Assembly: GCF_001194135.2 (NCBI RefSeq)
Contig: NC_068982.1
Location: forward strand, 83,918,203 to 83,970,749
Length of the DNA stretch: 52,547 bases
Origin: Octopus bimaculoides
Taxonomy: Eukaryota
Direction: 5' to 3'
The position numbers were made by a program, and so were the translations under genes. Positions 37,135 through 50,030 of the stretch are shown here, piece after piece (the first letter of the stretch is position 1; every line of letters begins with the position of its first letter). A model generated the notes under the pieces. The model did no database searches. It saw only the letters and a program-made list of their open reading frames with translations, and had not been told where the DNA came from.

Positions 37135-37633
37135 GTCGAGGGCTTATATGCCCCGTTTTTAGACTATTTTCCTTAGTCATTTCATGGTAATTGCCATTAG
37201 ATTTAAGCTTATATAAAAATACTATTATTATTATTTACAGGATTGTAAAATATGGCACTGTATAACAAAACCATTCGTACCAAAGGCATATACAAAGTTT
37301 GTTTACATAAACAAATACAAACTAATATAGTTCTTAAATTTGACAGAAACAGGGAGGCTAATTTGCTGGTGTAAAGGTAACACACTTTCTTGCGTTAACA
37401 ATGGGATGTGGATTCAAGTCCCATGCAGATAAGAAAGCCTTCTCTTTTTTCTGTCGAGGGCTTATATGCCCCGTTATTAGACTATTTTCCTCAGTCGTTG
37501 CACAGTGATCACTATAAGTTTTAAGCTTATATAAAAATTCCATGATTATTTTTTACAGGATTGTAAAATATGGCACTGTATAACAAAACCATTCGTACCA
37601 AAGGCATATACAAAGTTTGTTTACATAAACAAA
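37135..37633 (+). repeat. Direct repeat pair 37135-37315 and 37453-37633
   Basis: First halves diverged; last 82 bp identical; second copy ends at an N gap. Confidence 0.88.
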
Positions 37634-37647
37634 NNNNNNNNNNATAT

Positions 37648-37669
<22 letters not shown>

Positions 37670-37679
<10 letters not shown>

Positions 37680-37810
37680 GTCTGGGGAGAGTCATTCTCT
37701 TTTAGTGCCTTATAGTTTAACACACTCACCGGTAAAATTTCCACTCATTTACTTATTTATTTTTCTAAAGTTTTTGTTGTGTCTTGCAACCTTTTCAATA
37801 GTTATTGACT
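37670..37810. repeat. PLE-associated repeat (inverted partner at 39772-39880)
   Basis: GGAGAGTCATTCTCTTTTAGTGCCTTATAGTTTAACACACTCAC versus GTGAGTTAAATTATAAGGCACTAACAGAGAATGACTCTCC. Confidence 0.8.
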
Positions 37811-38340
37811 TGGTTCATTATCCAGGCTACATTCTTTTTGTTTGTTTGTGTACATGTGTGTGGGTCAGTGTACCTGTGCATACACATGTATGTATACATG
37901 TATGCGTGTATGCATGTATGTATGCATGCATGTAAGTGTGTATGCATGTATGTATGTGTGTGTGTATGTACATGTATGTATGTGTGTACATTTCTATGCA
38001 TGTATGTGTGTACATTTCTATGTATGTATTCTGCATATTCATGTGTTTTATGTGTGTGTGTGTTTGCATGTGCGTGTGTCTGTGTGTGTATTTTTGTGTA
38101 TATGATCATGTGCTTCAGTCTTCATTTGCTTATGTGTCTGTGTATGTGTGCTGTCTGTTCATATTACCTATGTACTTACCTGTCTGTATGTCTATCTGTT
38201 TACTCTCATATCCATTTGTCTACATACATATGCATATACATACACACACACACACACATGCATACATCTACATAACAACCCACTAACTATTCTACCTGTA
38301 TATAAATATAAACTGGTAGTATGATTACCTACTACGTATA

Positions 38341-39720
38341 TTACCTATTTAGTACTGATGATGTTTCATTTATGAGGATGTACTCCTGTATTTGTCTGAG
38401 GGTTGAGTCTTTTGGGTGCTTGGATAAAATGCGGATGTTGAGTTGACCCAAATTACCTCCATGTTGGTAGAGTATGGAGGTCTGTTCTTTTTTGTCATAT
38501 TGTCTCAAATGTTCATTTAGTCTTTCTGCAATGCTCCTAGATATCTCCCCTATGTATGTCATGGTCATGTCTTTACAAGCACTTTCTATGCATCTTATGC
38601 TGTAGACTACATTTCTAGTTCTACAGTTAATGCCAGGGCTAATCCTACATACCATGCAGTTATCATTGGTGCATGTGGTATTCTCAAAGGGGTATGTCCT
38701 ACATAGTTGTGATCTGATGGAGTTCCCAGGCTTTCCAACAATCTCAGTGTTGAGTTTGGTCTCCTTTAGGGCTTTCCTAAATCTACGGGCTAGTTCTCCA
38801 TGGGCTGTGGCATCTACAAACACCATTCCTTGATATTTGTCAGTTTTACACGACGTGTTACCCAGTTTACTTTGTCACAAGCTCTTTGCTTCTATATCTA
38901 GGGCAGGTACCACCTGTTTCATTACATATAATGTTATCTAACTTCTTTCTAGTACCCCTGAGTACTCAAACCCTATCTTTTTGATCATATCCAGAGAATT
39001 GCATGCGGTGCATGAATTTCTGTACATGTTTCTTCGTTTCATAGGGCTTGCATAGTGGAGACACGTTGTTCGTTATCCTAACTAAGTCTGCTATCAGTAT
39101 GTTAATTTTCATGTCATGTGACAAAGCTGAGTTCTTGTGAACAACATATTTTGAAGCTATGGGTTTCATGTAATAGGAGTGGAGGAGCTGCACTCCATTG
39201 TTCACAGTCTCAAAGTTCAATATACAGGACGGGGAGTCTATTGTTGGGGTTCCTCATGTGGTAATCTATAGTTACCTTGATACTTTGGTGGATGGAGTAG
39301 TTACTTACTGGATGCTCTTCATTATGTCCCTCTTAGTTTCTACATTACCATTACTAGAGTTGGTCTTAACTAAGATAATAATGTCATCTACATATCTGCT
39401 GTAAAGTAGAAGAGTTGTGGACTGTTCTGCTAAGAAATGCTTATGTTTTCTGTCCCACCAGGTCATGAAGATACTGGCCACATTCCCAGCTATACCAACA
39501 CCAATAGCTGCACCTTCAACCTACATGTATAGTTTCTTGTTAACCTTTACTGTGTGGTTCTTCAAGGTGGTTCTTATCCTAGCCCCTATTGCATGTGCAA
39601 TCATTCCTTTCACCTGATTATTGTTCTCAGGGTCTTGGGTGGGTACAGTCCAGCCACTCCAGTGCTCTGTGGTGTTTTTCTTCACTGCTGAGTGATGATG
39701 GGTGGTCTTCCCCTATCTTA
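38341..39720 (-). mobile_element. Penelope-like element, 5'-truncated (RT core, thumb, GIY-YIG)
   Basis: RYVDD at 39383-39397; thumb YYMKP..HKNSALS..FMHRMQFSGY; endonuclease NVVYSIRC..YIGEISRSIAERLNEH with upstream Cys cluster. Confidence 0.9.
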
Positions 39721-39907
39721 CATGGTTGAGGAGAATCCACTGAGGTCATGGACATCTACATAGTTGCTGTCGTGAGTTAAATTATAAGGCACTAACAGAG
39801 AATGACTCTCCATAGACACAACAGAATATGCTTCAACACACAAACTCACGTAAAGAATCTTCAGAACAAAATCCAGAAACCAAATATATCTATGTATATG
39901 TATATAT

Positions 39908-39945
<38 letters not shown>

Positions 39946-40632
39946 NNNNNNNNNNNNNNNNNNNNNNNNNNNNNNNNNNNNNNNNNNNNNNNNNNNNNNN
40001 NNNNNNNNNNNNNNNNNNNNNNNNNNNNNNNNNNNNNNNNNNNNNNNNNNNNNNNNNNNNNNNNNNNNNNNNNNNNNNNNNNNNNNNNNNNNNNNNNNNN
40101 NNNNNNNNNNNNNNNNNNNNNNNNNNNNNNNNNNNNNNNNNNNNNNNNNNNNNNNNNNNNNNNNNNNNNNNNNNNNNNNNNNNNNNNNNNNNNNNNNNNN
40201 NNNNNNNNNNNNNNNNNNNNNNNNNNNNNNNNNNNNNNNNNNNNNNNNNNNNNNNNNNNNNNNNNNNNNNNNNNNNNNNNNNNNNNNNNNNNNNNNNNNN
40301 NNNNNNNNNNNNNNNNNNNNNNNNNNNNNNNNNNNNNNNNNNNNNNNNNNNNNNNNNNNNNNNNNNNNNNNNNNNNNNNNNNNNNNNNNNNNNNNNNNNN
40401 NNNNNNNNNNNNNNNNNNNNNNNNNNNNNNNNNNNNNNNNNNNNNNNNNNNNNNNNNNNNNNNNNNNNNNNNNNNNNNNNNNNNNNNNNNNNNNNNNNNN
40501 NNNNNNNNNNNNNNNNNNNNNNNNNNNNNNNNNNNAATGGAAGGACATATTTTTATAATTAAATCTAAACACTCCAAGTAGAAAGGAGGAATACAAAAAA
40601 CTGTTTTGACTTAGCCAGAGCATACAGGCTAG

Positions 40633-40678
<46 letters not shown>

Positions 40679-40680
<2 letters not shown>

Positions 40681-43600
40681 CATCATCATCATCATTGTTT
40701 AACATCCACTTTCCATGCAAGCATGGGTTAAACGTTTTGACTGAGGACTGGTGAAACCAGATAGCTACACCAGGCTCCAATCTAATTTGGCAGAGTTTCT
40801 ACAGCTGGATGCCCTTCTTAACGCCAACCACTCTGAGAGTGTAGTGGGTGCTTTTACGTGCCACCGGCACGAAGGCCTGTCAGGAGATACTGGCAATGGT
40901 CACGCTCGAAATGGTGTATTTTACGTGCCACCTGAACATGGGCCAGTCCAGCGGTACTGGCAATGAACTTGCTCGAATGTCTTTTCACATGCCACTGGCA
41001 TAAGTGCCAAGAAGGCGACGTTGGTAATGGTCACGCTTGGACAGTGCTCTTAGTGATTTACTGGTACAGGTGCCATCACGATTTCGCTTTCGCTTGCCCC
41101 AACAGGTCTTCGCAAGCCGAGTTTAGTGTTCAATGAAGAGACGTTGGCATGGGAACCAGTCTACGAATTTAGTTCGATTTCGATTTCACTTGCCTCAACA
41201 GGTCTTCGCAAGCGGAGTTTAGTGTCCAAAGAAGGAAAGGTACGCATAAGTAGGCTGGCTATACCCCTGGCAGAGGCCTTGGATTTTGGTCTTGCTTGAC
41301 TTGCCGGGTCTTCTCACGCACAGCATATTTCCAAAGGTTTCAGTCAGAAGTCATCGCCTCGGTGAGGCCTAATGTTCGAAGGTCGTGCTTCACTACCTCA
41401 TCCCAGGTCTTCCTGGGCCTGCCTCTTCAACGGGTTGCCTCAACCACTAGAGTGTGGCACTTTTTCACACAGCTATCCTCATCCATTCTCGCCACATGTC
41501 CATACCAGCGCAATCGTCTCTCTTGCACACCACAACTGATGCATCTTAGGTTCAACTTTTCTCTCAAGATACTTACACTCTGTTGGGTATGCACACTGAC
41601 ATTACTCATCCATTGGAGCATACTAGCTTCATTCCTTGCGAGCTTACGCATGTCCTCAGCAGTCACGGCCCATGTTTCACTGCCATGTTGCATGGATCTT
41701 TGTACACATGTGTCATACAGTCTGCCTTTTACTCTGAGCGAGAGGCCATTTGTCGCCAGCAGAGGTAAAAGCTCTCTGAACTTTGCCCAGGCTATTCTTA
41801 TTCTAGCATCTAGACTTTCAGCGCACCCACACCCACTACTAATTTGGTCACCCAGATATCGGAAGCTATCAACTACGCCCAGTTTTTCTCCCTGGAATGT
41901 GACAGAAGTTGTTTTCTGCATATTTTCAGTGTTTATTGCACCTGAACATCTGCCTCATACAAAAACTAACTTTCTAGTTAGCCTTCCTTTGATATTGCTG
42001 TACCTTTTATGTGTCCATAGCTTGCACTGGGTACATCTTATAGAGTTTCTACCTACACCTTTTCTACAGATGAGCAGGGTCATCTACCTGAAGGGGTTTG
42101 TATTTTATCTACCTTCCTACTTATTAGGACATTGGTTTTAGCTAGGTTGACTCTAAGGCCCTTCGATTCTACTCCCTGCTTCCACACCTGAAACTTCTCC
42201 TCTAGTTCTGATAGTGACTCAGCAATTAGTGCAAGGTCATCAGCATAGAGGAGCTCCAGTGGCATCCTGTCTTGAATTCCTCTGTTATCGCCTGGAGGAC
42301 TATGATAAATAGGAGGAGGCTGAGGACAGAACCTTGATGGACCTCAACCTCTACCCGGAATTCATCACTGTACTCATTTCCAACCCTCACCTTAGTGATA
42401 GCGTCTCTGTACATGGCTCGCACAGCTCTCACTAACCATTCTTTTATCCCTAGTTTCCTCATTGACCACCAGATAAAGGATCGGGGGACCCTGTCAAAGG
42501 CTTTCTCCATATCAATGAAAGCCAGGTACAGAGGTTTATCTTTGGCTAGGTATTTCTCCTGCAGTTGTCTTACCAGAAATATAGCATCAGTGGTGCTTTT
42601 CCCTGGCACGAATCCAAACTGCATCTCATCTAAACTGATTCGCTCCCTAATTAGTTGGGCTATGACCCTCTCCGTGACTTTCATTACCTAATCCAACAAC
42701 ATGATACCTCTGTAATTATTTGTATCTAAAGCATCACCTTTACCTTTGTAACAGTTGACTATGGTATTGCTACACCAGTCATTGGGTATGACTCCTTTGT
42801 GTATCACCTGGTTAACGATATGGGTGACTAGGCTATAGCCGACACTGCCAGATATTTTGAGCATCTCTGCAGTGATTCCTGATGGGCCGGGGGCTTTCCC
42901 TGTCTTCATACTCTTAATTGCTTTATCTACCCTGGTACTATCAACTCGGATAGCTGGTCCCTCTGTTGGGTCAACATTAGGCAGACTCTCTTTCTCCCAT
43001 TCATTCTCTTTATTGAGTAATCTTTCATAGTGGCATCTCCAAACCACCTTCTTTGCAGCTTCGTTTAGTGCAAGCGTACCATCATCCATGCGAGCACATT
43101 TCTCTCCCATGACATCATGATTCTCTCTCACACACTGTCTTGCAACACGAAATACTTCAAGTCTTTGGTCTTCATGGCACAGAACATTGGCAAACTTTTT
43201 CTTATCTGCTTCCCCTCTGGCTAGATAAACCTGTCTCCTAGCTTTCCTTCTAGCAGTCTGATACAATTCCCTGCTACCTCCATTCTTCCAGTCCTTCCAA
43301 GCCTGTTTCTTTTGTCTAATAGCCCTGTCCACCACATTGTTCCACCACCAAGTTACTTTGGGTTGAGAGGGGACTTTACACCAGCCACAGATTTGGTTGG
43401 TGGCTCTCAGCAGGTTGTCCCGTAGAAACCTCCAGTTGTCTTTCACATTGTATGATGCTATATCCCCTTCTATTTCATCAAATGCTTCAAGTAGTATGTC
43501 TCTAAATCTATGTCCATTTGCTGGATCTTTAAGCTTCCAAACCCTTCTCCTCCAAGTCGGTCTACTTCTGGGCATCCTTTTTGCCTTGATCCCTAAGTCG

Positions 43601-44535
43601 CTAACTACTAATCTGTTTTGAGGGGTACATTCTTCACCAGGGAAGGTTTTGGCATTTGTAAGTCACCCACTTTCCCTATTTCTGGCGAGGATGTGGTCGA
43701 TTTGGCTAGAGTGTCTGCCGGAGTGGTAGGTAACTAGGTGACAGACATGTTTCTTGAAGTTAGTATTGCAAACTGTAAGATTGTTTGCATCGCAGAACTC
43801 CAGCAGTCTGTTTCACCCCTCATTGCGGGAAGTGAAGCCATAGCCTCCATGTATGCCATGGAATCCCCCTGCATGATGTCCAACATGACCATTGAAATCA
43901 CCAGCCACAAAGAGAAGGTCCCTGTCATTTGTCAATGAGGTAGTTTGCAGGAGAGTGTCGTAGAATTGGTCTATCTCCCCATCCGGTAGTCCCGGTTGAG
44001 GGGCATATGCCGAGATGATGGTAGCTAACCTATGATGAAGCACTAGCCTAATCTTAAGTACTCTGTCACATATTCTAACTACCTCGATTACCTTATCAAC
44101 CCATTTCTCTGCTAGAAGTATTCCTACGTCCCCAACCCCGTCAGTGTTCCCTGCCCAAAAAATCTTGTACCTGTGTTCTTTGCCTGTGAGGAACCTCGCG
44201 GAACCTCCTCTCCATCTAACTTCTTGGATGCGGCACAAATCTACGCGTCTCCGTTCAAGCATCTCAACAATCTCACCAGACCTACCTTTCAGCGTGCCGA
44301 CGTTGAGAGTGCCAATTCTGACANNNNNNNNNNTTCCGGGAGACAGCCGAGGATGACAGAGGATATGAACTTCGGGTACAGGTGGAGGGGTTGGGAGGGT
44401 GTGTGTACCGCCAGCCAGGAGAGACTTCTTATATATAGCTAGGGTCCTGTAGGAATCGAGGATAGAGAAGAGGAAGAGAGAGACTGATCCAGAGAGAGTG
44501 GGGCAGAGAGAGGGGGGGCAGGCAAGCAGCACATC
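40679..44535 (-). mobile_element. Near full-length RTE LINE, inactivated
   Basis: APE VRIGTLNVGT, EVRW, AGDFNGH; RT ORFs 42226-43575; YADD; PHD-like finger; 3'UTR and (ATC)n tail at 40679. Confidence 0.95.
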
Positions 44536-44559
44536 ACGCGGGATTAATTCTTTGGGCTT

Positions 44560-44920
44560 TTTTTAGAACAAAATTGAAGACAGCAGTGCTTAATCATAAG
44601 TTTTAAATGCTTAAACATATTTGAGAGACAGCAATGCTTAAATCATAATTGTAAAAGAATGGAAGGAGCGAAATAGTAACCTGGTTGAAAGAGAGAACAG
44701 ATGCTTAAATCGTAATTTTAAAAGGAGCGATACAACTTAAGTAAAGAAAATGAAATAAATAAGCATGAATTTAGGACAAAACTGTTCAAAATGCTAAATC
44801 AGAGGCGTAGTTGAAAGAGGCGGCAATGCTTAAATCGTTATTTTAAAGTAAAGAGCGATAAAATTTGAATAAAGTAAAGAAAATAAATAAGTATGAATTT
44901 AAGACAAAAACAGAGTTCAA
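44560..44920. repeat. Decayed tandem repeat with ATGCTTAAATC(G/A)TAA motif, about 125-bp higher-order unit
   Basis: Motif recurs near 44585, 44632, 44700 and 44826; 44684-44780 resembles 44810-44910. Confidence 0.55.
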
Positions 44921-46093
44921 TTGATTTACATGGAAAGAAACAGATAGATAATGAAGAACAGACGGGGGTGGGGGGAGCGCAAAAAAGTTGAAAATATGGA
45001 GGGAGTAGAAAAATAAAATCTCTTAGCTGCACATATTTTGGAGAACCTCGTCGTAGTTTTGTCAGCAGATAGATAGATTGTATATATATATATATACAAA
45101 CCCTATTTTACTGATTGTAGTAATAATTTGTAATTATAAAGTGTGTATTCATTAGTACGATAATATTTTTAGTGAATATTATACATAAATAATTAAATGA
45201 TACTATGATTTTAATAAAATAAATAATATAAGTATTTTAATTAATTCATTTATTATAAATATATTAATTTATAGTATTTTAGCATCTTTCATGTACATTA
45301 TCTAATTTACGTATTTTAGTTTTAATTTATTAGACTTCAAAATTATATAGATTTTAAAACTTCCAGTAAATCTTTATAATACAGTTAATTTTTTATGATG
45401 ATTAAAGCTAAACTACATTTTGATTTTATAAATAAAACTTAAATACATGTTTATATATCTCTTTATTCTATTACTTTTCTTTACGCCATATTTTCATGCA
45501 TCTTAATTCTAATAAACACTAAGTTAATAGTATAACGTTTAAAATTTTACATTAAACTAAAGTTTCGATAAGATAAGTATTGCATTTATTTTCAGTAATA
45601 TTGTTAAATGTTTTTCTGTTATTTATTGGTAAAATAAGTATTTTTATATAAATTCATTTGATATTTATTCTTAGTCGATATATATATACATTCATTTGAA
45701 TATTATTATTGTATTTTGACATGAAGATTAGCTATATTTTTTAATAGAATTGATTTTCGATTGATTTATTTTGAAGCGATTTGATTTTTATTTTATCTTC
45801 TATTTGAAAATATAGTTATGAAACACTTATAGTCATTTTATTATTTTAATATTTATTACTTTGTACTCTTTTCATTTTTATTATTGGCCTTCTTAGTGTA
45901 TTTACTTATTAAATTTTTCAATATGTGATTGTGGATTTTCATGGATGAATTCAATAATTGTGGTTTATTTCTCTAAATTATATATTTATGTATTATATAT
46001 TGTGAAATTTAATTTAATTTTAATTTTGATAAATTAAATTAAATTGAAATTTTCCCTGTAAATTTGGATTGTTATCCCTAATATTATTATCAT

Positions 46094-46142
<49 letters not shown>

Positions 46143-46149
46143 TATATAT

Positions 46150-47165
46150 ATATCATCATCATCACCATTGTTTAACGTCCGTTTTCCATGCTGGCATGGT
46201 TTGGACGGTTCGACTACAGTCTGGAAAGCCAGGAAGCTGCACCAGTCACCAGTCTGATCTAGCAATCAGACAGCTGGATGTCCTTCCTAACATCAACCAC
46301 TCCGAGTGTGTTTTGGGTGCGTTTTGCATGCCACCGGCACAGAGCAAGTCAGGGCTATGGTCTGGCATCAACCATGTTCAGATGGTGCTTTTTGTGTGCC
46401 ACTGGCACGGGGACCACAACTACAGTTTCCATTTGATTGTGATTTGATTTCATTTTGTTGTTGATGTACTTAACTTAATAGGGCTCCTCATGCACAGCAT
46501 GTTGCCCTACAATCCAAGGGTACTTTTTGAGTTGGCTGGTTATGCAACACTGGTGTATGTTACAGCTGTGATCTCACTTTATTTGCCAGGTCTTCTCAGT
46601 CACAGCTTATTTCGAGAGGACTCTGTCTTTCATCATTGCCTCTGTGAGATCCACTGTTCAAAGGTCATGCTTTACCACTTCTTCCCATGTCTTCCTGGGC
46701 CTCCCCCTACCCCGGATTCCTTCCACTGTTTGGGAGTGGCACTTCTTCACACATCTCTCCTCATCCATCCGTAGTACATGACCATACCAACGCAAATGTC
46801 TTCCTTGCATGCCACATCCAATGCTTCTTATGTCCAGCATTTCTCTCAGGGCACTTACACTCTGTCGAGTGTGCACACTGACATTACACATCCAGCAGAT
46901 CATGCTAGCTTCATTTCTTTCGAGCCTGCGCATGTCTTCAGCAATCACGGACCATGTTTCACTGCCATGAAGCATGACAGTTCGCACACATGTATCATAC
47001 AATCTACCTTTCACTTTGAGTGAGAGGCCATTTGTCACCAGTAGGGGTAGAAGCTGTCTGAACTTTGCCCAGGCTATTCTTATTCTAGTGGTAATGCTCT
47101 CTGAGCATCCACCCCCACTACAGACTTGGTCTGTAGCGGAAACTATCAACTGTTTCGAGTTTTCC
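46150..47165 (-). mobile_element. Older RTE LINE 3' fragment
   Basis: ORF 46658-47149 (RIRIAWAKF..MLHGSETW..LRWYGHV..GRGRPRKTW); diverged 3'UTR; (ATC)n tail. Confidence 0.88.
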
Positions 47166-47174
47166 CCATTATAG

Positions 47175-48005
47175 TGGACCGGTTATGTGGGAGGAGGGTA
47201 ATGGCAAATGCGATGTTGTGTATAAGATGTGGGAAATGGATTCATGGTTGGTGTACAAAAATGAAGAAGGTGACCCCAAGACTGGCAAGATAGCTTGTTT
47301 GTGGAAGATGTGAGAAAGGAGCTGAAGGGCTGGCAAAGTCAGTGAAAACACTATGTAAGGAGGTGGAAACAGCGAGAGAGTTTTGTTATTTTGGGAGATC
47401 GAGTGGATGTAAGTGGTGGGTGTGAAGCAGCTGTGACAGCAAGAGCAAGACTTGGCTGGGTGAAGCTCAGGGAATGTGGAGCATTATTATATGGCTAAGG
47501 GTTCTCATTGAAGATGAAAGGAAAGATCTATAAGCGCTGTGTGAGAGCTGCAATGCTGTATGGGAGTGAGACATGGTGTTTGAGAGAGAGAGAGATGGCA
47601 ATTTTGAAAAGGACAGAGAGCAATTGTGAGAGAAATGTGTAGCATGAGACTGTTTGATAAGAGGACTGAGGACTTGATGGGGATGCTGGGGTTGGAGGAA
47701 TCAATGGAATGGCTGGCAAAGGTGAATAGAGTGTGGTGGTATGGGCAGGTGTTGAGGAGGGATGAGGAGCATGTTATGAAGAAGGTGCTAGAGTTTGAGG
47801 TGAATGGACAGTGAAAGCGAAGTACACCGAGGAAAATATGGAAGGGACATGTGGAGGAGGAGATGGAGAGGGTTGGCTTGAGAATGGAGGATGTCTAGAA
47901 GTGGGCAAGATGGCGAGATGTTGTGAGGGCGGTTGCTATGGTATTGAGATAGAGCTGGCCACCCCTGTTAACAGGGACGGAATCTGGATTCAAAATGATG
48001 AGTGG
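47175..48005 (+). mobile_element. Distinct RTE-family 3' fragment, also with a PHD-like finger
   Basis: LCIRCGKWIHGWC..VCGRC, EFCY, ARLGWVKLRECG, CVRAAMLYGSETW, VWWYGQVLRR. Confidence 0.8.
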
Positions 48006-48029
48006 ATGACTGGATATATTCTCTTATTT

Positions 48030-48155
48030 GTTTCAGTCATTTGAATGCGGCCATGCTGGAGCGCTGCCTTTAGTCAAGCAAATCAACCTTAGGAAGTATT
48101 CTTTGTAAGCTGAATACCTATTCTATCAATCTCTTTTTGCCAAACTGCTAAGTTA
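48030..48155 (-). mobile_element. SINE 3' fragment
   Basis: Reverse complement matches the tail of the 36055-36390 SINE; ends CCAGCATGGCCGCA..AAATGACTGAAAC. Confidence 0.55.
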
Positions 48156-49499
48156 CAGTTCTTTTCTTCTACCTATTGGAGTAACTTCCCTTTTATTCAA
48201 TGGTTTTTCATAGCATGTATTGCCATTAATAGCCAACAAGAATGCATTGTAGCTCTGCACTCCGACATTCAAAACTCCAAGTACTACAATGTGTGTGTGT
48301 GTGTTTATGTTCCTTATGCGTTCCAAAACCGAGTTGCCGATTTTGACGTAAGGGGTATCAAAAGATTCAGTAAGCTTTTGGCTACCAACTAAACTATATT
48401 TTTATTCACATATTTGCATTACAAAAATTTAACATTATCATTTTTCTTTTACTCATCTATCGTAAACGACATTTTATATCACCACTACAATGACGATGAC
48501 GTCACATTTTCTATATAAGTATGTTTGCATATTTGTTACATATGTTACGCCAATGACTGACAAGTATAAGTGTGTGACAATGTATGCGTCTGTCAGTATA
48601 CATACATTTTTGTGGCGATTGACACACTCAGGCATCTAAAGACAGAGACAGACACTCACAGAGACAGAGATAGTCTTCACATGTGTGTTAATGTATGTGT
48701 GTCTCTTAGTTTATGTAACTTCTACCCCCCAGCAGTGAAAAACGCCGATATTGAAAGTTCACTTGCGGCCTGGACTTCAAACAAACAACAATGTTCACTT
48801 TCAAGTATTACCAACATGAAGATTTGGCTGATTTAACACCACTCACAATACTCACAAATATATCTGAAAAAAATATCATTCCAATTATTATATCAAATTT
48901 GGAAACTTGGTGAAGTAGAAAGCCTCAGCGGCTCTTTCAATATAATTGCAGAAATGTTATTCCACTCCTTCTAACTAGTTTCAAGATAAGGTTTTTTAAC
49001 AGTCCTTGTATTCTTCATCACTCTGAGTATCAACATCACACAGCCTTTTTACTGCGTTACTCAGTATTTATTCTACAACCTATAATGTTACACATTTCAA
49101 AAACAGCATCTTCCTTTTTATACACTTGGTTCAGCTTTTGTTTCAAAATTGTAAAATAAATCATTTTTGTATGAAAAATTGAATTATGCCTTCTGAATTT
49201 TCTTGAACTTTTACTTTCTTCATCATCACATTCATTCAATCATGAATCTTATAACATTTAGTACATGTTCCAAATAAATGTTGACTTTCTGTACTTTCTT
49301 ACATTGGTGACACATACTAACTTTGTTAAATTGGTGACTTTCCATTTTTTTATAGCATAACTTATGCTACAGAAAGTGTTTTGCACCTATATTGACTACA
49401 TTTCATTTTGCTTGAACTTCATGTGTGTACATTTTGCTGTTTTCAATATTATCAATTCTATGAGCGTGTTTCTGCATTCATTACGTCTATAGTAAACTA

Positions 49500-50030
49500 T
49501 AGCAAAGAACATTTTACACTGTTTTAATGAGCCCACATCTAATGAAGTACCCATTGGTGATCCCATTGAAAATCATGATATTCTCATTCATGTCCAAGAT
49601 AACAACCTTAAACAAGTTTCACAGACTCATCCCTCCAATGATGCTCTCCAGTATAATCTTATTCTGTGGAATGGACAAGATGGGTATTATTTCAATATTC
49701 CTCAGATTGAACCTGCAACAGGGTAGCCAATTACAAACAAAAGGGTGTCATCAGATGACTTCTATTCTTACTAACTGATGTTAAGACCAGAACAATCAAA
49801 TCCTTTCTACTATATGGCCTGAAATTTCAGGGGAGGGGACCAGTTGATTACATCAACCCCAGTGTCTCACTGGTAATTAATTTATCGACCCCAAAAGAAT
49901 GAAAAGCAAAGCTGACCCCGGTGAAATACTGCTGAAGCATTTTGCCCAGCATGCTAACGATTCTGCCAGCTTGCTGGCTTCCAGAACAATCAAATCACTT
50001 ATACATGTCAAATAAACTTTATTTTCATTT
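49500..50030 (+). mobile_element. Helitron Rep N-terminal remnant
   Basis: FNEPTSNEV..DILIH..LKQVSQTHPSNDALQY.LI.WNGQDGY..KRVSS.DFYSY.LMLR, matching the RepHel THRSYDALQYPL..GEDG region. Confidence 0.75.
49803..49980 (-). mobile_element. tRNA-derived SINE with 16-bp target-site duplication
   Basis: CCAGAACAATCAAATC at 49787-49802 and 49981-49996; same family as 12655-12825. Confidence 0.8.

Noticed and set aside
37795-38286. Cys/His/Val-rich ORFs (also 3944-4326, 5836-6081, 7330-7620, 50704-51029)
   Set aside because: Translations of TG/CA microsatellite-like DNA, not proteins.
41296-42141. 281-aa + strand ORF and other antisense ORFs over RTE copies
   Set aside because: Antisense shadow of the RTE coding frame. 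It is open in this copy only, and the 5' end is not conserved as an ORF.
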